Below the pieces are notes generated by a model, which was not told the DNA's origin, made no database searches, and saw only the letters and a list, made by a program, of their open reading frames with translations. Source: Anaeromyxobacteraceae bacterium (GTDB lineage Bacteria; Myxococcota; Myxococcia; Myxococcales; Anaeromyxobacteraceae). Taken from it: 64,000 nucleotides of DNA. The position numbers and the translations under genes were made by a program. This document shows, one piece after another, positions 19,210-30,371 of the stretch. Each line of letters starts with the position of its first letter. Positions within the stretch are counted from its first letter, which is position 1. The stretch covers positions 544,001 through 608,000 of the forward strand of contig JASGHJ010000001.1 of the NCBI GenBank assembly GCA_047602405.1, in the 5' to 3' direction.

Positions 19210-21738
19210 ATGCGCTCCCTCGCCCCGGACCTCGCTTCCAGCGGCTTGCGCCTCGCGGCGGCGCTCGGCCTCGCCGCCGCGCTCTCCGCCTGCCACCTCG
19301 ACGCGAGGAAGCACGCCGGCCCCGCCGACACGACGCCGCCCTCGGTGCCCGCGGGCCTCACCGCGACGGCGCTCTCGCCTTCGCGCGTGACGCTCGCGTG
19401 GTCGCCCTCGACCGACGAGGGCGCCGGCGTCGGCGGCTACGAGGTGCTGCGCGGCGGGACGGTGCTCGCGACCGTCGCCGCCCCGCTCGCCTCCTTCGAG
19501 GACGCGACGGTCGCGGCGGGCACGGGCTACACCTACACGGTCCGCGCCTTCGACCGGGCCACGCCCCCCAACGTGTCCGCACCGTCGGCCCCGGCGCAGG
19601 TGACGACGCCCTCGCCCACGGATCAGCCGGGCCTCGACGGCCGGCCCGCGAACCCGACGTGCATCGCGCCCGCCCGGCCGTCGGCCGGCGCGGGCGTCCA
19701 GCTCGCGCGCGTGTTCCCGAACCTCCAGTTCTCGAGCCCGATCGCGATGCTGCAGGCGCCGGGCGACACGTCCCGCTGGTTCGTCGTGGAGCAGGGCGGC
19801 ACGGTCCAGACCTTCGCGAGCGCCGACGCGACCGCCGTGAAGACGACGTTCGTGGACGTCACCGGCCGCGTCACCGCGGGGGGCGAGCTCGGCCTCCTCG
19901 CGATGGCCTTCCACCCGGCCTGGCCGGCGACGAAGGAGGTCTTCCTCTACTACACGGCGCCGGCGGCGGGCGCGAAGCCGCTCCGCTCGGTGCTCTCGCG
20001 CTTCACGACGGTGGGCGGCGGCACCGCGGCGCTCGATCCCGCCTCCGAGCAGATCGTCCTCGAGGTGGCGCAGCCCTTCGAGAACCACAACGGCGGCAAC
20101 ATCGCCTTCGGCGCCGACGGCTTCCTCTACTTCGGCCTCGGCGACGGCGGCAGCGGCGGCGACCCCGGCAACCGCTCGCAGAACCTGAACCTGCTTCTCG
20201 GGAAGTTCATCCGCATCGACGTCGCGGGCACCGGCGCCGGCTACGAGATCCCGGCCGACAACCCCCACGCCGGAAACGCGAAGTGCGGCCTCGGCGTCAA
20301 CGCCACCGCGCCGTGTCCGGAGATCTGGGCCTTCGGCTTTCGCAACCCGTGGCGCTGGAGCTTCGATCGCGAGACCGGGCAGCTCTGGGTCGGCGACGTC
20401 GGCCAGAACGCCTACGAGGAGGTCGACGTCGTCGAGAAGGGCAAGAACTACGGCTGGCGGCTGCGCGAGGGCGCCCACTGCTACAACCCGTCCTCCGGCT
20501 GCCCGACGCCGGGCACCGTCGCGAACGGGGCGGTGATCGTCGACCCGGTCACCGAGTACGATCACTCGCTGGGCTCGGCCATCACCGGCGGTTACGTCTA
20601 CCGCGGCACCGCCATCCCCTCGCTGACCGGCGCGTACGTGTTCGCCGACTACGGCTCGGGCCGGGTGTGGCGGCACGACCCCGGCGCGCCGGGCCTGCAG
20701 CGCGCCGACGTCCTCGACACCGGGATCAACGTCTCTTCGTTCGCCGAGGGGCCCGACCACGAGCTCTACCTCGTGAACCTCGGCGGCACGCTCCACAAGC
20801 TCGTGCCGTCCGGCGCGCCCGCGACGGACCCCGTGCCGACCTCCCTCGCCGCCACGGGCTGCGTCGACGCCGCCGATCCGACGAAGCCGGCCGCGGGCCT
20901 GATCCCCTACCGGCTCAACGCGCCCTTCTGGTCCGACGGCGCGGTGAAGGACCGCTGGCTCGCGCTCCCCGACGGCCAGACCATCGCCCTCGACGCGGCG
21001 GGGGACCTCACCTTCCCGAACGGCACCGTGCTCATGAAGGCGTTCCGCGTGGGCGGGAAGCTCGTCGAGACGCGGCTGATGATGCGCCACCCCGACGGCG
21101 TGTGGGCCGGCTACACCTACCGCTGGAACGACGCGCAGACGGCCGCGACGCGCGTCATCGGCGGGCAGGTCCGCGCGCTCGCCGCGCAGACGTGGCTCTA
21201 CCCGACCGAGCAGCAGTGCCTGCAGTGCCACACCGCCGCGGCCGGCAGGGCCCTCGGGCCGGAGGTCGGCCAGCTCAACGGCGACCTCACCTACCCCGCC
21301 ACCGGCCGCACCGCGAACCAGCTCGCGACGCTCGAGGCGATCGGCGTGCTGAGCCTGCCCGGCCTCCCGGCGACGCTCGCCGCCTACCCGGACCCGCTCG
21401 GCCAGGCCGCGACGCTGGAGCTCCGCGCCCGCGCGTACCTCCACTCGAACTGCTCGCAGTGCCACCGCCCGGGCAGCACCGCGCCGTCCAACCTGGACTT
21501 CCGCTTCGCGACGGCGCTCTCCACGATGAACGCCTGCGGCACGGCCCCCCAGCGCGGCGACCTCGGCATCGCCGGCGCGAAGCTCATCGCGCCCGGCCAC
21601 CCGGAGCAGTCGATCGTCGTCCAGCGGATGAAGGCGCTCGACGTCTCGCGGATGCCGCCGGTGGGGAGCCTGGTGGTCGATCAGTCGGGGGTGGACGTGC
21701 TCTCCGCCTGGATCACGAGCCTCACCGCGTGCGACTAG
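19210..21738 (+). CDS. FN3 + PQQ-dependent sugar dehydrogenase (GSDH) + c-type cytochrome lipoprotein
   Basis: LSAC lipobox, FN3 module, NHNGG...GDGG, GFRNPW, DVG; two CxxCH motifs (CLQCH, CSQCH). Alternative start at 19195. Confidence 0.85.
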   Translation: MRSLAPDLASSGLRLAAALGLAAALSACHLDARKHAGPADTTPPSVPAGLTATALSPSRVTLAWSPSTDEGAGVGGYEVLRGGTVLATVAAPLASFEDATVAAGTGYTYTVRAFDRATPPNVSAPSAPAQVTTPSPTDQPGLDGRPANPTCIAPARPSAGAGVQLARVFPNLQFSSPIAMLQAPGDTSRWFVVEQGGTVQTFASADATAVKTTFVDVTGRVTAGGELGLLAMAFHPAWPATKEVFLYYTAPAAGAKPLRSVLSRFTTVGGGTAALDPASEQIVLEVAQPFENHNGGNIAFGADGFLYFGLGDGGSGGDPGNRSQNLNLLLGKFIRIDVAGTGAGYEIPADNPHAGNAKCGLGVNATAPCPEIWAFGFRNPWRWSFDRETGQLWVGDVGQNAYEEVDVVEKGKNYGWRLREGAHCYNPSSGCPTPGTVANGAVIVDPVTEYDHSLGSAITGGYVYRGTAIPSLTGAYVFADYGSGRVWRHDPGAPGLQRADVLDTGINVSSFAEGPDHELYLVNLGGTLHKLVPSGAPATDPVPTSLAATGCVDAADPTKPAAGLIPYRLNAPFWSDGAVKDRWLALPDGQTIALDAAGDLTFPNGTVLMKAFRVGGKLVETRLMMRHPDGVWAGYTYRWNDAQTAATRVIGGQVRALAAQTWLYPTEQQCLQCHTAAAGRALGPEVGQLNGDLTYPATGRTANQLATLEAIGVLSLPGLPATLAAYPDPLGQAATLELRARAYLHSNCSQCHRPGSTAPSNLDFRFATALSTMNACGTAPQRGDLGIAGAKLIAPGHPEQSIVVQRMKALDVSRMPPVGSLVVDQSGVDVLSAWITSLTACD

Positions 21739-22472
21739 CGGGAGATGGAGAGCGTGGTGGTCGTCGTCCGCTCGCCCTTCTCGCCCGCGCCCTCGTTCCG
21801 GCGCGAGGACTCGTGGCGCACGGCCACGAGCCGATCGCCGGCCTGCTCGAGCCGGTAGGACTCGCGCTGCTCGGCCGAGAAGCTGACCACGAGGAACGCG
21901 CGGCCCGAGGCCTTCGTCGAGACCTCGGCCGCGAGCGGGACCCCGTCCGCGCCGAGCCAGAGCCGCCCGGTCGCCTCGACCGCCTTCACGAACTTGCGAT
22001 CCCGGGCCGAGAGCTTCGGGGCGAGCTTCACGACGAGGAGCCGCGCCGGGGCGCCGTCGAGCGCGTCCTGCCGGTCCTCGACGAGCACCGCGTCCACGAG
22101 CGCCTGCCGGAGCTCCTCGGCGGCGTCGAGGTGGCCGGCGAGGTCGAGCGCCGCGACCGCCTGCACGCCGTCGTGCGCCGGGGCCTTCGCCTCCGCGTCG
22201 GCCGCGCGGCGGCGGTCCTCCTCGCGGACCTGGTCGAGGAGCGCGCGCGGCCAGGTGACCTCGAGCCCCGCGGGACCGTCGGCGATGCCGCCGCTCGCCT
22301 CCCCCTGCACCCGGACGGCGTCCTTGCCGTCGCCGTTCACGTAGTCGTAGCGCACGGTGAAGCGGGCCCGCACCGGCGCCTTCGCGGGGAAGCGCGCGAG
22401 CGCGGCGTCGAGGTCGGCGAGCGGGCCGGCGGCGGCGGTGGCCACGGCGAGGAGGGCGGGGAGTAGGGTCAT
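21735..22472 (-). CDS. Hypothetical secreted protein
   Basis: Signal-peptide-like MTLLPALLAVATAAA, host-like codon usage. Confidence 0.65.
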   Translation of the reverse strand: MTLLPALLAVATAAAGPLADLDAALARFPAKAPVRARFTVRYDYVNGDGKDAVRVQGEASGGIADGPAGLEVTWPRALLDQVREEDRRRAADAEAKAPAHDGVQAVAALDLAGHLDAAEELRQALVDAVLVEDRQDALDGAPARLLVVKLAPKLSARDRKFVKAVEATGRLWLGADGVPLAAEVSTKASGRAFLVVSFSAEQRESYRLEQAGDRLVAVRHESSRRNEGAGEKGERTTTTTLSISR

Positions 22473-22540
22473 CGGGGCTCCGGCTCCTGCGGGGTCGGGG
22501 ACTATCCTCCGGAACGCGTGCTGGGCGAGGATATTTCGCG

Positions 22541-25093
22541 ATGGCACGCGAGCGCGCGTCCTCCGCGGGTGGCACCGCCACCTCCACCCGTTCGCCCGAC
22601 GGCCCCGCCCCGGCGACGCCGCCCGCGGACGCGTCGCGCGCCCTCGCGCCCCGCTACCGGTTCGTCGCGGAGCTGGCGCACGGTGGCATGGGGCGGGTGT
22701 CGATCCTCGAGGACACGCTGCTCGGCCGCGAGGTCGCGGTGAAGGAGGTCCTCCCCGAGGCCGGCGCGCGCGCCCTTCGGCGCTTCGAGCGCGAGGCGCT
22801 CCTCACCGCCCGGCTCGAGCACCCGGGGATCGTGCCGGTGCACGAGCTCGTGCGCGGGCCCGCCGGCGAGCCGTACCTCGTCATGCGCCGCGTGAAGGGG
22901 CGCCCGCTCGACGAGGCCCTCGCGGCCGCCCCCGACCTCGCCGGCCGGCTCGCGCTCCTGCCCGCCCTCGCCGCCGCCGTCGACGCCGTCGCCTACGCGC
23001 ACGGGCGCGGCGTCGTGCACCGCGACCTCAAGCCCTCGAACGTGCTCCTCGGCGAGTTCGGCGAGGCCGTGGTGATCGACTGGGGCCTCGCGCGCGAGGT
23101 CGCCTCCCTGGCCGGCGAGGCCGGCGAGGGCGAGGCCTCGGCGGCGGAGCGGGCCACCGGGGAGCTCTCCGGCGCCTCGGGCGCGTTCGACGACGGCCTC
23201 ACCCGCGTCGGCGCGCTCCTCGGGACCCCGGCGTTCATGAGCCCGGAGCAGGCGCGCGGCGAGGCGGTGGACGCCCGCGCCGACGTGTACGCGCTCGGGG
23301 CGATCCTCTACCAGCTCCTCGCCGGCGCGCGCCCCTACGCCGGCGTCCCGCAGGAGCGGCTCGTCGAGGCGGTGCGCGCGGGGCCGCCGCCGCCGGTCCA
23401 GGTGCTCGAGCCCGCCGCCGCGCCGGAGCTCGCCGCGATCTGCGGCCGCGCGATGGCCCGCGCGCCGGCCGACCGGTACGTCACCGCCCAGGCGCTCACC
23501 GAGGACCTGCGCCGCTTCCTGACCGGGCGGCTCGTGCAGGCGCACGCGTACTCCACGGGCGCCCTCCTGCGCCGCTGGCTGCGGCGGCACGCGGCGCCGG
23601 TCGCGCTGACGGCCGCCTTCGTCGTGGCGCTCGCGGTCCTCGGCGCCGTGAGCGTCCAGCGGATCGTGGCCGAGCGCGAGGCCGCCGAGGCGGCGCGCGA
23701 CCGGGCCCGCCGGGAGGCCGAGGTCTCGGCGCGCGTCTCGCGCTTCCTCGGGGACATGTTCCAGGTCTCGCGCCCCGAGCAGGCGAAGGGGCGCACCGTG
23801 CCGGCGCGCGAGGTGCTCGATCGCGCCGCCCGGCAGCTCGACGCGCTCGGCGCGGAGCCCGAGGTGCAGGCCCGCCTCGCGACGACGATGGGCGACGTCT
23901 ACACCTCGCTCGGCCTGTGGCCGGAGGCGCGCCCGCTCCTCGAGCGGGCCCTCGCCGCGGCGCGAGGGCTCGGGGAGGGGCCGACGCTCGCGGGCGCCGA
24001 GGTCGCGATGGCGCGCCTCCTCCACCAGGAGGGAAAGTACGCCGACGCCGAACGGCAGGTGCGTCCGGCGCTCGCGGCCTGGGAGCGGCTCGCCGGGGCC
24101 GAGGGCCCCGAGGCGCTCGCCGCGCGCTCCGTGCTCGCGGACACCTTGCGGGCGCAGTCGCGGAACGCCGAGGCGGAGCCGCTGCACCGCGCCGTCTGGG
24201 AGGCCCGCCGGCGCACGCTCGGCGACGCCCAGCGCGCGACGATCAACGCCGCGAACCTCCTCGCCGAGGACCTGTGGCGCATGGGGCGCTACCCGGAGGC
24301 GCGCGGGCTCTTCGAGGAGACGCTCGCGAACGCGCGGCGCGCGCTCGGGCCCGACGACCCCGCCGTGGCCGACCTCCTCGTCGGGCTCGCGTACGTCCGC
24401 TCGCGCCTCGGCGACGTCGCCGGCTGCGAGGCCGCGAACCGGGAGGCGCTCGCGGTGCGCACGCGGGTGCTCGGCCCGGACCACCCGGGGACGATGTCGG
24501 TCGAGTACGGCCTCGCCCTCTCGCTCTTCGACCAGGAGCGGTACGCGGACGTCGAGGCGGTCACCCGCGCGCTCGCCGCCCGGCGCAGCCGCGTGCTCGG
24601 GCCGGAGCACCCGCAGACGCTCAACACCGTCCACCTCCTCGCGAACGCGCTCCAGCAGCTGCACCGGTTCCCCGAGGCGGAGGCGCTCCACCGGTCGAAC
24701 GGCGCCCTGCGCGCGAAGGTGCTCGGGGCGGAGCACGTCAGCGCGCTCCTCTCCCGGCATGCCCTCGCGCAGGTCTTCATCTTCGAGGGCCGGACCGCCG
24801 AGGCCGACGCCGAGCTCGGGGCGCTGCGCGACACCTACGCGCGGAAGCTCGGGCCCGCGGCGCCGGAGGTCGGCACCGCGCTCTACGACCTCGCCTGGAG
24901 CGCGACCCGGCGCGGCGACCGCGACCGCGCGCTCGCCCTCCTGCGCGAGGCGCTCGGGCACCACCTCCTGCCCGAGACCGCGCTGCGCATGGGCCGGGAC
25001 AACGCCTTCCGGCCCCTGTTCCGCGACCCGGGCTTCCTCGCCGTCGTCGAGGAGGCCCGGGCGTATGCCGAGGCCGAGAACCGCAAGCCCTGA
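22541..25093 (+). CDS. Ser/Thr protein kinase with TM helix and TPR repeats
   Basis: GGMGRV, VAVK, HRDLKPSN, DWG, GTPAFMSPEQ; repeated LGxxHP TPR units. Confidence 0.93.
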   Translation: MARERASSAGGTATSTRSPDGPAPATPPADASRALAPRYRFVAELAHGGMGRVSILEDTLLGREVAVKEVLPEAGARALRRFEREALLTARLEHPGIVPVHELVRGPAGEPYLVMRRVKGRPLDEALAAAPDLAGRLALLPALAAAVDAVAYAHGRGVVHRDLKPSNVLLGEFGEAVVIDWGLAREVASLAGEAGEGEASAAERATGELSGASGAFDDGLTRVGALLGTPAFMSPEQARGEAVDARADVYALGAILYQLLAGARPYAGVPQERLVEAVRAGPPPPVQVLEPAAAPELAAICGRAMARAPADRYVTAQALTEDLRRFLTGRLVQAHAYSTGALLRRWLRRHAAPVALTAAFVVALAVLGAVSVQRIVAEREAAEAARDRARREAEVSARVSRFLGDMFQVSRPEQAKGRTVPAREVLDRAARQLDALGAEPEVQARLATTMGDVYTSLGLWPEARPLLERALAAARGLGEGPTLAGAEVAMARLLHQEGKYADAERQVRPALAAWERLAGAEGPEALAARSVLADTLRAQSRNAEAEPLHRAVWEARRRTLGDAQRATINAANLLAEDLWRMGRYPEARGLFEETLANARRALGPDDPAVADLLVGLAYVRSRLGDVAGCEAANREALAVRTRVLGPDHPGTMSVEYGLALSLFDQERYADVEAVTRALAARRSRVLGPEHPQTLNTVHLLANALQQLHRFPEAEALHRSNGALRAKVLGAEHVSALLSRHALAQVFIFEGRTAEADAELGALRDTYARKLGPAAPEVGTALYDLAWSATRRGDRDRALALLREALGHHLLPETALRMGRDNAFRPLFRDPGFLAVVEEARAYAEAENRKP

Positions 25094-25094
25094 C

Positions 25095-26327
25095 TCACTC
25101 CGGCCTGAACACCAGCACCCGCCGGTTGGAGGTGTCCGAGACGAGGAGCGCCCCACCCGCGAACGCGACCCCGCCCGGCTGTGCGAGGGTCCGCGCGGTC
25201 GGCGCCGTGCCCGGCGCACCGGTCTGCGCGTCGTCGTTCTCGGCCGCGAGCCTGAGGTCCGACTGCCCCAGCACGAGGTCCGCCGGCGCGCTCGAGGCGG
25301 TGGGGAACGCCCTCCACAGGAGCACGCGGTTGTGACCGGTGTCCGCCACCGCGAGCATCGCGCCGTCGGAGGTGACGCCGGAGGGGCCCGAGAGGCCGGT
25401 CGCGCTCGCGGCATCGCGCGCGGTCGTGAAGTCCGGCTGGCCCAGCACGAGGTCGGCCGGGATCCCGTCGAGCGGCGGGAAGGTGCTCCAGACGAGCACC
25501 CGGTTGTTGGCGCGGTCGGCGACGGCGACGCGCGCGCCGTCGCTCCAGACGTCGGTCGGCTCGCGCAGGCCGAGCTCGCCGCGCGGCCCGAGCGCGCCCG
25601 TGCCGTGGGCGTCGTTCGGCGCGCAGGTCGTCTTCGAGACCTGCCCGAGCACCCGGTCGGCGGGCGTGCCGCTCGCGGTGGGCACCGCGTTCCAGACGAG
25701 CACCCGGTGATTCCCGCGGTCGACGACGAAGAGCTTCCCGCCCGCGAGGAGCGCCCGGCTCGGCGACTCGAGCCGATCGGCGGCGCAGCCGTGCGCCGGC
25801 GTCGCGAGATCCGGCCAGCCGACCACCACCGGCGCCGCGGCCCCCGTGCCGGCGGTCGCGGGGAAGAGCAGCACCCGGTGGTTGCCCGCGTCGGCGACGG
25901 CGAGCGTGCCGCCGGCGGCGTGGACCGACCAGGGGAGGTACAGGCCCGAGGCGGCGGCGCCGGCGACGTGCTCGCCGAGGTCGGCCTGGCCGAGCACGAC
26001 GGCCGCCGGGGCGCCGCTCGCGGCGGGCGTCGCGCTCCAGCCGAGCACGCGGTGGTTGTAGGGGTCGGCGATCCAGAGCCGCGCGCCGTCCGCGGCGACG
26101 CTCGCCGCGGGGTACTCGAGGCCGGCCGCGCCCACGCCTCCGCCGGCGTTTGCGTCGCGGGTGGTGAAGGTCGCCTGGCCGATCACGAGCGCGGCGGGCT
26201 GGAAGGTCGCGAAGGCCGGGGCCGAGCCGCCGCCGCCGGGCTTCTTGCCGGAGCCGGTGCAGCCGGTGACGACGAGGGTGAGGGCGAGCGCCGCCGCCGG
26301 CGCGACGGGGGTGCGGAGGGTCCTCAT
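25095..26327 (-). CDS. NHL-repeat (beta-propeller) lipoprotein
   Basis: VTGC lipobox; repeated AD..N.RVL.W and VLGQ.D units. Confidence 0.85.
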   Translation of the reverse strand: MRTLRTPVAPAAALALTLVVTGCTGSGKKPGGGGSAPAFATFQPAALVIGQATFTTRDANAGGGVGAAGLEYPAASVAADGARLWIADPYNHRVLGWSATPAASGAPAAVVLGQADLGEHVAGAAASGLYLPWSVHAAGGTLAVADAGNHRVLLFPATAGTGAAAPVVVGWPDLATPAHGCAADRLESPSRALLAGGKLFVVDRGNHRVLVWNAVPTASGTPADRVLGQVSKTTCAPNDAHGTGALGPRGELGLREPTDVWSDGARVAVADRANNRVLVWSTFPPLDGIPADLVLGQPDFTTARDAASATGLSGPSGVTSDGAMLAVADTGHNRVLLWRAFPTASSAPADLVLGQSDLRLAAENDDAQTGAPGTAPTARTLAQPGGVAFAGGALLVSDTSNRRVLVFRPE

Positions 26328-28741
26328 GGCGCGACTCCGGACGGCTGGTAGGGGGTACAGGTCTCGCCCGCGACGCCCTGGCAGGTCTCGAGCTGGAACT
26401 TCGCGAGGCGGATCCTCGACGGGTAGAAGATGCCGTCGTCCATCTGGCAGTTCAGCATCCGCGACTGCCCGGGGTCGACCGTGAACTCGGCGACGACGTC
26501 GGGCGAGGCGGGGCCGCCGGGGTCGGCGCCGGGCCGGCCGATGTCCTGCCAGCCGCCGTCGAAGGCCGCGAGGCAGAACATCCGGGTGTTACCCGACGGC
26601 GTCGAGCCGTACGCGTTCGAGGCGGAGGCCGTCACCGACCAGGTCACCCGGTACCGCCGTGCGCGGGTCGCGTCGGTGTTCACGACGTTCGTCCGGTAGG
26701 CGTTGTAGTTCAGGCCGTTGTTCGAGCAGTAGGACCACGGAACGTTGAAGAAGCTGGCCCACCCGCCCCAGCACGGCGGCCAGATCTCGACGGCGCCCGG
26801 GTTGAACGACACCACCTCGGCGTCGTTCACGCCCTGGTAGTAGCCCCAGCCGCCGGTGAGCGTGGCGAGGTCGGTGCGGTCGAGGAGCTCGCCGCTGCGG
26901 TTCTTCCGGAAGAAGGCGCGCTCGAACTGCACGTTCACGTAGAGCACGCCCCGGCCCGCGTGTGTCCCGGTGGGCGGCACCGGCTCGGGGTCGTCGTAGG
27001 CGAGCTCGACGCCGGCCCCGTTGCGCGCGAGGTCGAACCAGAACGGCGCGTCGGCGAGGGTCACGGCGTTCGCCGCGGTGGCGGCGAGGAACTTGCCGCC
27101 GGTGGCGAGCGCGAAGCGATCCGGGCGCGAGGGGCCGAACGGCACGCGCTCGAACGAGGCGGTGGCGCCCGCCCCCGCGGTCGTGAACGGCCGGGCGGCG
27201 TCGGGGCCGACGCGGAGCGGCTGGGCCGTGAGCCCCAGGGAAGGGAGGTCCACGGCGAGCGTGATCCGGGTCGGGTCCACGGGGTCCGGCGCGAGCTGGA
27301 ACGTGCTCGCGCGCGAGGCGCGGCCGCGCACGTGGGCCATGAGCACGAGCGCGCGGTCGGCGCCCTCCACCGCGAGCGTCGCGGCGTTGAGGTGCTCGAG
27401 CGGGCCCGGGGACGAGGAGTCCCGGAGGACGTCGGGGCCGAGCAGGAGGGTCCAGCCGCCCGCGAACATCGTGGCGGCCGGCTCGCGGAGCAGGTAGCGG
27501 CCGAGCTGGACCGTGCAGGTCTCGCCGGTCACCACGCGCGGCACGTTGCCGGGGCCGACGCCGGGGCGCGCGTAGGAGAACCCGTTCGCGCCGCCGCGGC
27601 AGGCCGCGGAGAGGAGCGCCGCGGGCTGGCGGGTGCCGTAGTACGAGGGCGAGCCCGCCGAGCCGGGGAGGACGCCGTCGAGGGCGACGGCGGGGCTCGC
27701 GCCGGTGAAGAGCGCCGGGGTGAGGGTCGGGTACGGCGGGACCGGGTCCACGACGTAGGCCGTCGCCTGCCGGTGGACGCCCTCGAGCTGCTGCACGATC
27801 GCGTCGGCGAGCTCGCCGGCGGCGGTGTCGAGCGGCGGCGGCCCGCACAGCACGTAGTCGTCGGCGCCGCGCAGGAACTGGATCCGCTCGTCGCGCAGCG
27901 CCGCCTGCAGCTTCGGGATCTCGACCGCGGCGTTCTGCGGCTCGCCGAGCGCGACGTAGGCCTGGCGGATGAGCTCGACCGAGTTCTGCTGCAGGATCGC
28001 GAAGCGCACGAAGTGCGAGGCGACGTTCTCGAACGGGACCTTGCCGCCCCTCGCGGCGCAGGCGGCCCGGGAGATGAGCCGGTAGACGCCCTGGGAGAGG
28101 TCCGGCAGGTCGGGGTCCTCGATGATCCGCCCGTGGATCACGTTGAAGAGCTCGGTGAGGGAGCAGACGCCGCCCGAGACCTTGCCGGCCATCTGCTGTG
28201 CGTAGTCGTGGAGGAGCGCGTCGTTCTCCGCCTGCTTCGCGGGCGTGGCCCGGTCGTTCGCGGCGGCGACCTGGCGGACCTGGGAGAGGCAGGTCTCGAC
28301 CTTCGTCGCGGCGTCGTTGAGCTGGGTGATCTTCGGCTGCAGCGCGGTCCAGGTCTGGAGATCCGCGAGCGCGGTCGCCACCGCGCCGAGCTGGGAGCGC
28401 AGCTCGTCGAGCTTCGCGTCCATGACCTCGAGCTTGTTGATGATCTGGTCGAGCTTCTGGTTCACCACCGCGTCGCTCTTCGAGCCGAGCCCGAGTGCGT
28501 CGAAGACGCCGAGCCCCTCGAGGAAGTTGCCGGCCGCGTCGCCGAGGATGCCGCCCGCCACCTGGGTGAGGAGCTTCCCGCCGGCGGCGCCCACGCCCGC
28601 GTCGGCGCGCTCGCGCGGGGGCTCGGCGGGCTGCGCCGGCGCGGGTGTCGAGCCCGGCCCGCAGCCCGGCACGGCGAGGCCGAAGGCGAGCGCGGCGGCG
28701 AGGAGCCGGACGGTGGTGCGGTGGCGCGGGGATCGGGACAT
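26324..28741 (-). CDS. Large hypothetical lipoprotein with N-terminal amphipathic/coiled-coil region
   Basis: GAGG RBS, VPGC lipobox; its stop overlaps the NHL gene start (ATGA). Confidence 0.75.
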   Translation of the reverse strand: MSRSPRHRTTVRLLAAALAFGLAVPGCGPGSTPAPAQPAEPPRERADAGVGAAGGKLLTQVAGGILGDAAGNFLEGLGVFDALGLGSKSDAVVNQKLDQIINKLEVMDAKLDELRSQLGAVATALADLQTWTALQPKITQLNDAATKVETCLSQVRQVAAANDRATPAKQAENDALLHDYAQQMAGKVSGGVCSLTELFNVIHGRIIEDPDLPDLSQGVYRLISRAACAARGGKVPFENVASHFVRFAILQQNSVELIRQAYVALGEPQNAAVEIPKLQAALRDERIQFLRGADDYVLCGPPPLDTAAGELADAIVQQLEGVHRQATAYVVDPVPPYPTLTPALFTGASPAVALDGVLPGSAGSPSYYGTRQPAALLSAACRGGANGFSYARPGVGPGNVPRVVTGETCTVQLGRYLLREPAATMFAGGWTLLLGPDVLRDSSSPGPLEHLNAATLAVEGADRALVLMAHVRGRASRASTFQLAPDPVDPTRITLAVDLPSLGLTAQPLRVGPDAARPFTTAGAGATASFERVPFGPSRPDRFALATGGKFLAATAANAVTLADAPFWFDLARNGAGVELAYDDPEPVPPTGTHAGRGVLYVNVQFERAFFRKNRSGELLDRTDLATLTGGWGYYQGVNDAEVVSFNPGAVEIWPPCWGGWASFFNVPWSYCSNNGLNYNAYRTNVVNTDATRARRYRVTWSVTASASNAYGSTPSGNTRMFCLAAFDGGWQDIGRPGADPGGPASPDVVAEFTVDPGQSRMLNCQMDDGIFYPSRIRLAKFQLETCQGVAGETCTPYQPSGVAP

Positions 28742-28765
28742 GGCGGACCTCATCGCCTCCGGGTT

Positions 28766-28781
28766 TGCAGCGGCCATGCCC
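28766..28781 (-). promoter_or_regulatory. Putative sigma-54 (-24/-12) promoter for the lipoprotein-NHL operon
   Basis: Minus strand GGGCATGGCCGCTGCA = GG-N10-GC, next to a divergent sigma-54 activator gene. Confidence 0.55.
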
Positions 28782-28969
28782 GCGTGTCCGGCGCCGGGCC
28801 GCGCGTGTCCGGCACCGCCGGAGCCGCGTCTCCACGCGGGGTTGAGGCGTGTCCGGCACCGCCGCCCTTCCCGCGGGCGCCGGACACGGCGTGGGACGCG
28901 GCGGGTGCAACGGGGTGCAACGGGTGTTGCACCGTTGCGCCCCGGGGAGGGCTCGCCTACGACTCAGGG

Positions 28970-30343
<1,374 letters not shown>

Positions 30344-30371
30344 GATCCTCGCTCCACCCCGGAGGAACCCC

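Noticed and set aside
16960..22587. 1875-aa and 1341-aa ORFs over the M13/GSDH region
   Set aside because: Antisense or shifted shadows of well-supported genes; Arg/Gly/Pro-rich with no motifs. Only the part of this region at 21735-22472 holds a separate real minus-strand gene, in another frame.
26960..28969. N-terminal extension giving an 1127-aa sigma-54 activator
   Set aside because: The extension is antisense to the lipoprotein gene; the real start is 28970.
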